From contig JBFWJC010000002.1 of the NCBI GenBank assembly GCA_050253415.1, positions 672,725 to 736,724 on the forward strand: 64,000 nucleotides of DNA, in the 5' to 3' direction. Below, in pieces: positions 62,054 to 64,000 of this stretch (the stretch's first letter is position 1; each line of letters opens with the position of its first letter). The stretch comes from Pedobacter sp. (GTDB lineage: Bacteria; Desulfobacterota; Desulfuromonadia; Desulfuromonadales; Syntrophotaleaceae). The notes under the pieces were generated by a model that did not search any database, was not told the DNA's origin, and worked only from the letters and a program-made list of their open reading frames with translations. The translations under genes were made by a program, and so were the position numbers.

Positions 62054-62506
62054 CTATCCCAACCAGTAAAGCGTCAGGCGTAAAGCGATGGCGCCGTAAA
62101 AGCCTGCGACGACATCATCCAGCACCACTCCGAAGCCGTTTTTTAAATGGCGATCGAGCTGGCGTGCCGGTGGCAGTTTGAAAATATCGAACAGACGGAA
62201 AAAGATAAAGCCGAGCAAGGCCGACTTCCAGGAAAAAGGCAGCAGGGCCACGGTAACGAGGTAGCCAACCAACTCATCGATGACGATACGTCCGTCATCC
62301 GCCTGGCCGTAGATCATCCCCGCTCCATCGCAAATCCAGAAGGACAAAAACAACAGGGCCGTCCATGTGGCCAGGTACAGCTCTGCGGGCAGGGAGGCCA
62401 TCAGGTAGAAAACCGGGATGCCGGCCAGGGTTCCGAAGGTGCCGGGGGCTACCGGGGCATAGCCGAGTCCGGCATTGCTGGAAATAAAGAGGATAAAACG
62501 GCGCAT
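62054..62506 (-). CDS. pgpA: Phosphatidylglycerophosphatase A
   Basis: APGTFGT, IVIDELVG, FRLFDIFK, GVVLDDVVAG. Confidence 0.93.
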   Translation of the reverse strand: MRRFILFISSNAGLGYAPVAPGTFGTLAGIPVFYLMASLPAELYLATWTALLFLSFWICDGAGMIYGQADDGRIVIDELVGYLVTVALLPFSWKSALLGFIFFRLFDIFKLPPARQLDRHLKNGFGVVLDDVVAGFYGAIALRLTLYWLG

Positions 62507-62510
62507 GAAC

Positions 62511-63695
62511 TCAATCCTTCTCGCGGAAAACGTCGCTGGCGGCCTGCTGTGCCAGACGATAAATTTCGGGCAGCGGCAGGCCGCTGCTGTTTGCCAGATT
62601 TCGACAGCTTTCAAATTCGGGGGCCAGCCGCAACAGGTGCTGTCCCTCATAAAATAGTTTGATCTGTACTTCGCCCAAGGGCATCTGCAGGTTTTTGACC
62701 TGTCGGCGCAGTTTGAAACGATTGCTATCCTGGGAGCGAACGCCGCTGGCGGTGCTGTCACGCAAAATACGGCGAGCCAGGGCGACAGCCTTGTCCGGCG
62801 GAGCAAGCACTGTAAGGTGTACGCCGGGACGGTTTTTTTTCATCTGCAGGGGGGCGAAGGTCACATCAAGGGCTCCCTCATCCATCAGTCGATCCATCAG
62901 GGCGCCAAGCCACTCCGGGTTGGCATCGTCCAGGTGGCACTCCAGGCAGGTGACGCGGTCCGTTTCTCCTTCCCAGACATCATCCACGGTGCCCAGCAGG
63001 CCGCGCAGCAGGTTGGGCCGATCGTTCAGGTCCCGGTCGCCGGCGCCGTAGCCTATATGCTGCAGGGTCATGGCCGGCAGGCTGCCGAATTCAGCAATTT
63101 CGGCGGCAATGGCGGCGCCGGTCGGGGTGACCAGTTCCACCTCGGTCGGGTCGCCAACGGTGGGTAAGCCCCGCAATATTTCCAAAGTGGCCGGCGCCGG
63201 CAGCGGAAAACTGCCGTGAGCACAGCGCACTGTGCCGCGGGTCAGGGGCAGGGGGGCACAGATGATGCGGTCGGGGGCCAGAAGGTCGAGTCCGATGGCG
63301 GCGCCGACAATGTCGACGATGGAGTCGATGGCGCCGACCTCGTGAAAATGTACCTGGTCCAGCGCGCGGCCATGGATTTTCGCTTCGGCTTCACCGATGC
63401 GTCGAAAGATTCGGCGCGCCAGATCGGCAACTGCTGGCTTCAAGGCGCTTTCGGCCAGCATTCCGTCGATGTCCCGCCAAGTGCGATGGTGATGCTGCTC
63501 TGCGTGTTCAACAATAATCTTGCTTGCGGCTATGTGTTGGCGTTGGGTGCGTTGCTGCTGCAGGCGGTAGCCTGCTACCGGTAACTTGGATAGTTCGTTC
63601 TGGATGGTTTCCAGCGGAACGCCCAGATCGACCAGCAAACCGAGGAACATATCGCCGGAAATGCCTGCAAAGGTATCCAGAAACAAAAGGGTCAT
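62511..63695 (-). CDS. larC: Nickel pincer cofactor biosynthesis protein LarC
   Basis: [51 protein letters not shown]. Confidence 0.95.
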   Translation of the reverse strand: MTLLFLDTFAGISGDMFLGLLVDLGVPLETIQNELSKLPVAGYRLQQQRTQRQHIAASKIIVEHAEQHHHRTWRDIDGMLAESALKPAVADLARRIFRRIGEAEAKIHGRALDQVHFHEVGAIDSIVDIVGAAIGLDLLAPDRIICAPLPLTRGTVRCAHGSFPLPAPATLEILRGLPTVGDPTEVELVTPTGAAIAAEIAEFGSLPAMTLQHIGYGAGDRDLNDRPNLLRGLLGTVDDVWEGETDRVTCLECHLDDANPEWLGALMDRLMDEGALDVTFAPLQMKKNRPGVHLTVLAPPDKAVALARRILRDSTASGVRSQDSNRFKLRRQVKNLQMPLGEVQIKLFYEGQHLLRLAPEFESCRNLANSSGLPLPEIYRLAQQAASDVFREKD

Positions 63696-64000
63696 GGCTG
63701 CTCCTGTCGGTTGATGCGGGATGCGGCGCAGGCTGCGCCGAAACCATTGTCGATATTGACCACCGTCACACCGCTGGCGCAGGAGTTGAGCATGCCTAGC
63801 AGCGCTGCCACGCCGCCGAAACTGGCGCCGTAACCGATTGAGGTCGGCACGGCGATAACCGGTGCCGCAACCAGACCACCGATCACCGAGGGCAGCGCGC
63901 CTTCCATGCCGGCCACGGCAATCACCACCGATGCTCGCCGTAATTGGTCGAGGTGCGCAAGCAGGCGGTGTAGCCCCGCTACGCCGACATCGACCAATTC
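63692..64000 (-). CDS. larB: Nickel pincer cofactor biosynthesis protein LarB (C-terminal part; runs off window)
   Basis: [48 protein letters not shown]. Confidence 0.93.
   Translation of the reverse strand, partial: ELVDVGVAGLHRLLAHLDQLRRASVVIAVAGMEGALPSVIGGLVAAPVIAVPTSIGYGASFGGVAALLGMLNSCASGVTVVNIDNGFGAACAASRINRQEQP

Overview
The window is high-GC bacterial chromosome. Gene order and content (recA-pilT-recX-alaS, argB-D-F-G-H-lysA-dapA-dapB-dapL, tRNA-Arg(TCG)) suggest a Desulfuromonadales/Geobacter-Pelobacter-like deltaproteobacterium; this is inference. The right half (40-64 kb) is housekeeping on the minus strand: Lys/Arg biosynthesis, hslVU, alaS, recA/recX, cinA, larB/larC. The left half is more accessory. 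(i) An AT-richer islet follows tRNA-Arg and carries a divergent ADP-ribosylglycohydrolase, GNATs, and two lipoprotein genes bracketed by a pair of ~60-bp palindromic direct repeats. (ii) A translationally coupled three-gene operon encodes L-lysine 6-transaminase, an FAD-linked D-2-hydroxyacid dehydrogenase and an unannotated 449-aa protein. By motif reading that protein is a divergent HPPD/HglS-type two-domain VOC metalloenzyme, which suggests a lysine -> 2-oxoadipate -> D-2-hydroxyglutarate route in a presumed anaerobe. (iii) ppsR/ppsA, cysK-larE and arsR-acr3 follow, the last with two visible operators. (iv) A 14-kb acyl-CoA catabolic region contains a thiolase-fold protein lacking both catalytic cysteines paired with a DUF35 partner (Ltp2-like aldolase candidate), a Tat-signal DUF362 protein, acetoacetate-CoA ligase, an acylating aldehyde dehydrogenase and prpBCD. 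Several families of small intergenic repeats are present. No CRISPR array, rRNA, integrase or transposase was recognised. All assignments come from reading motifs by eye; no database searches were run.
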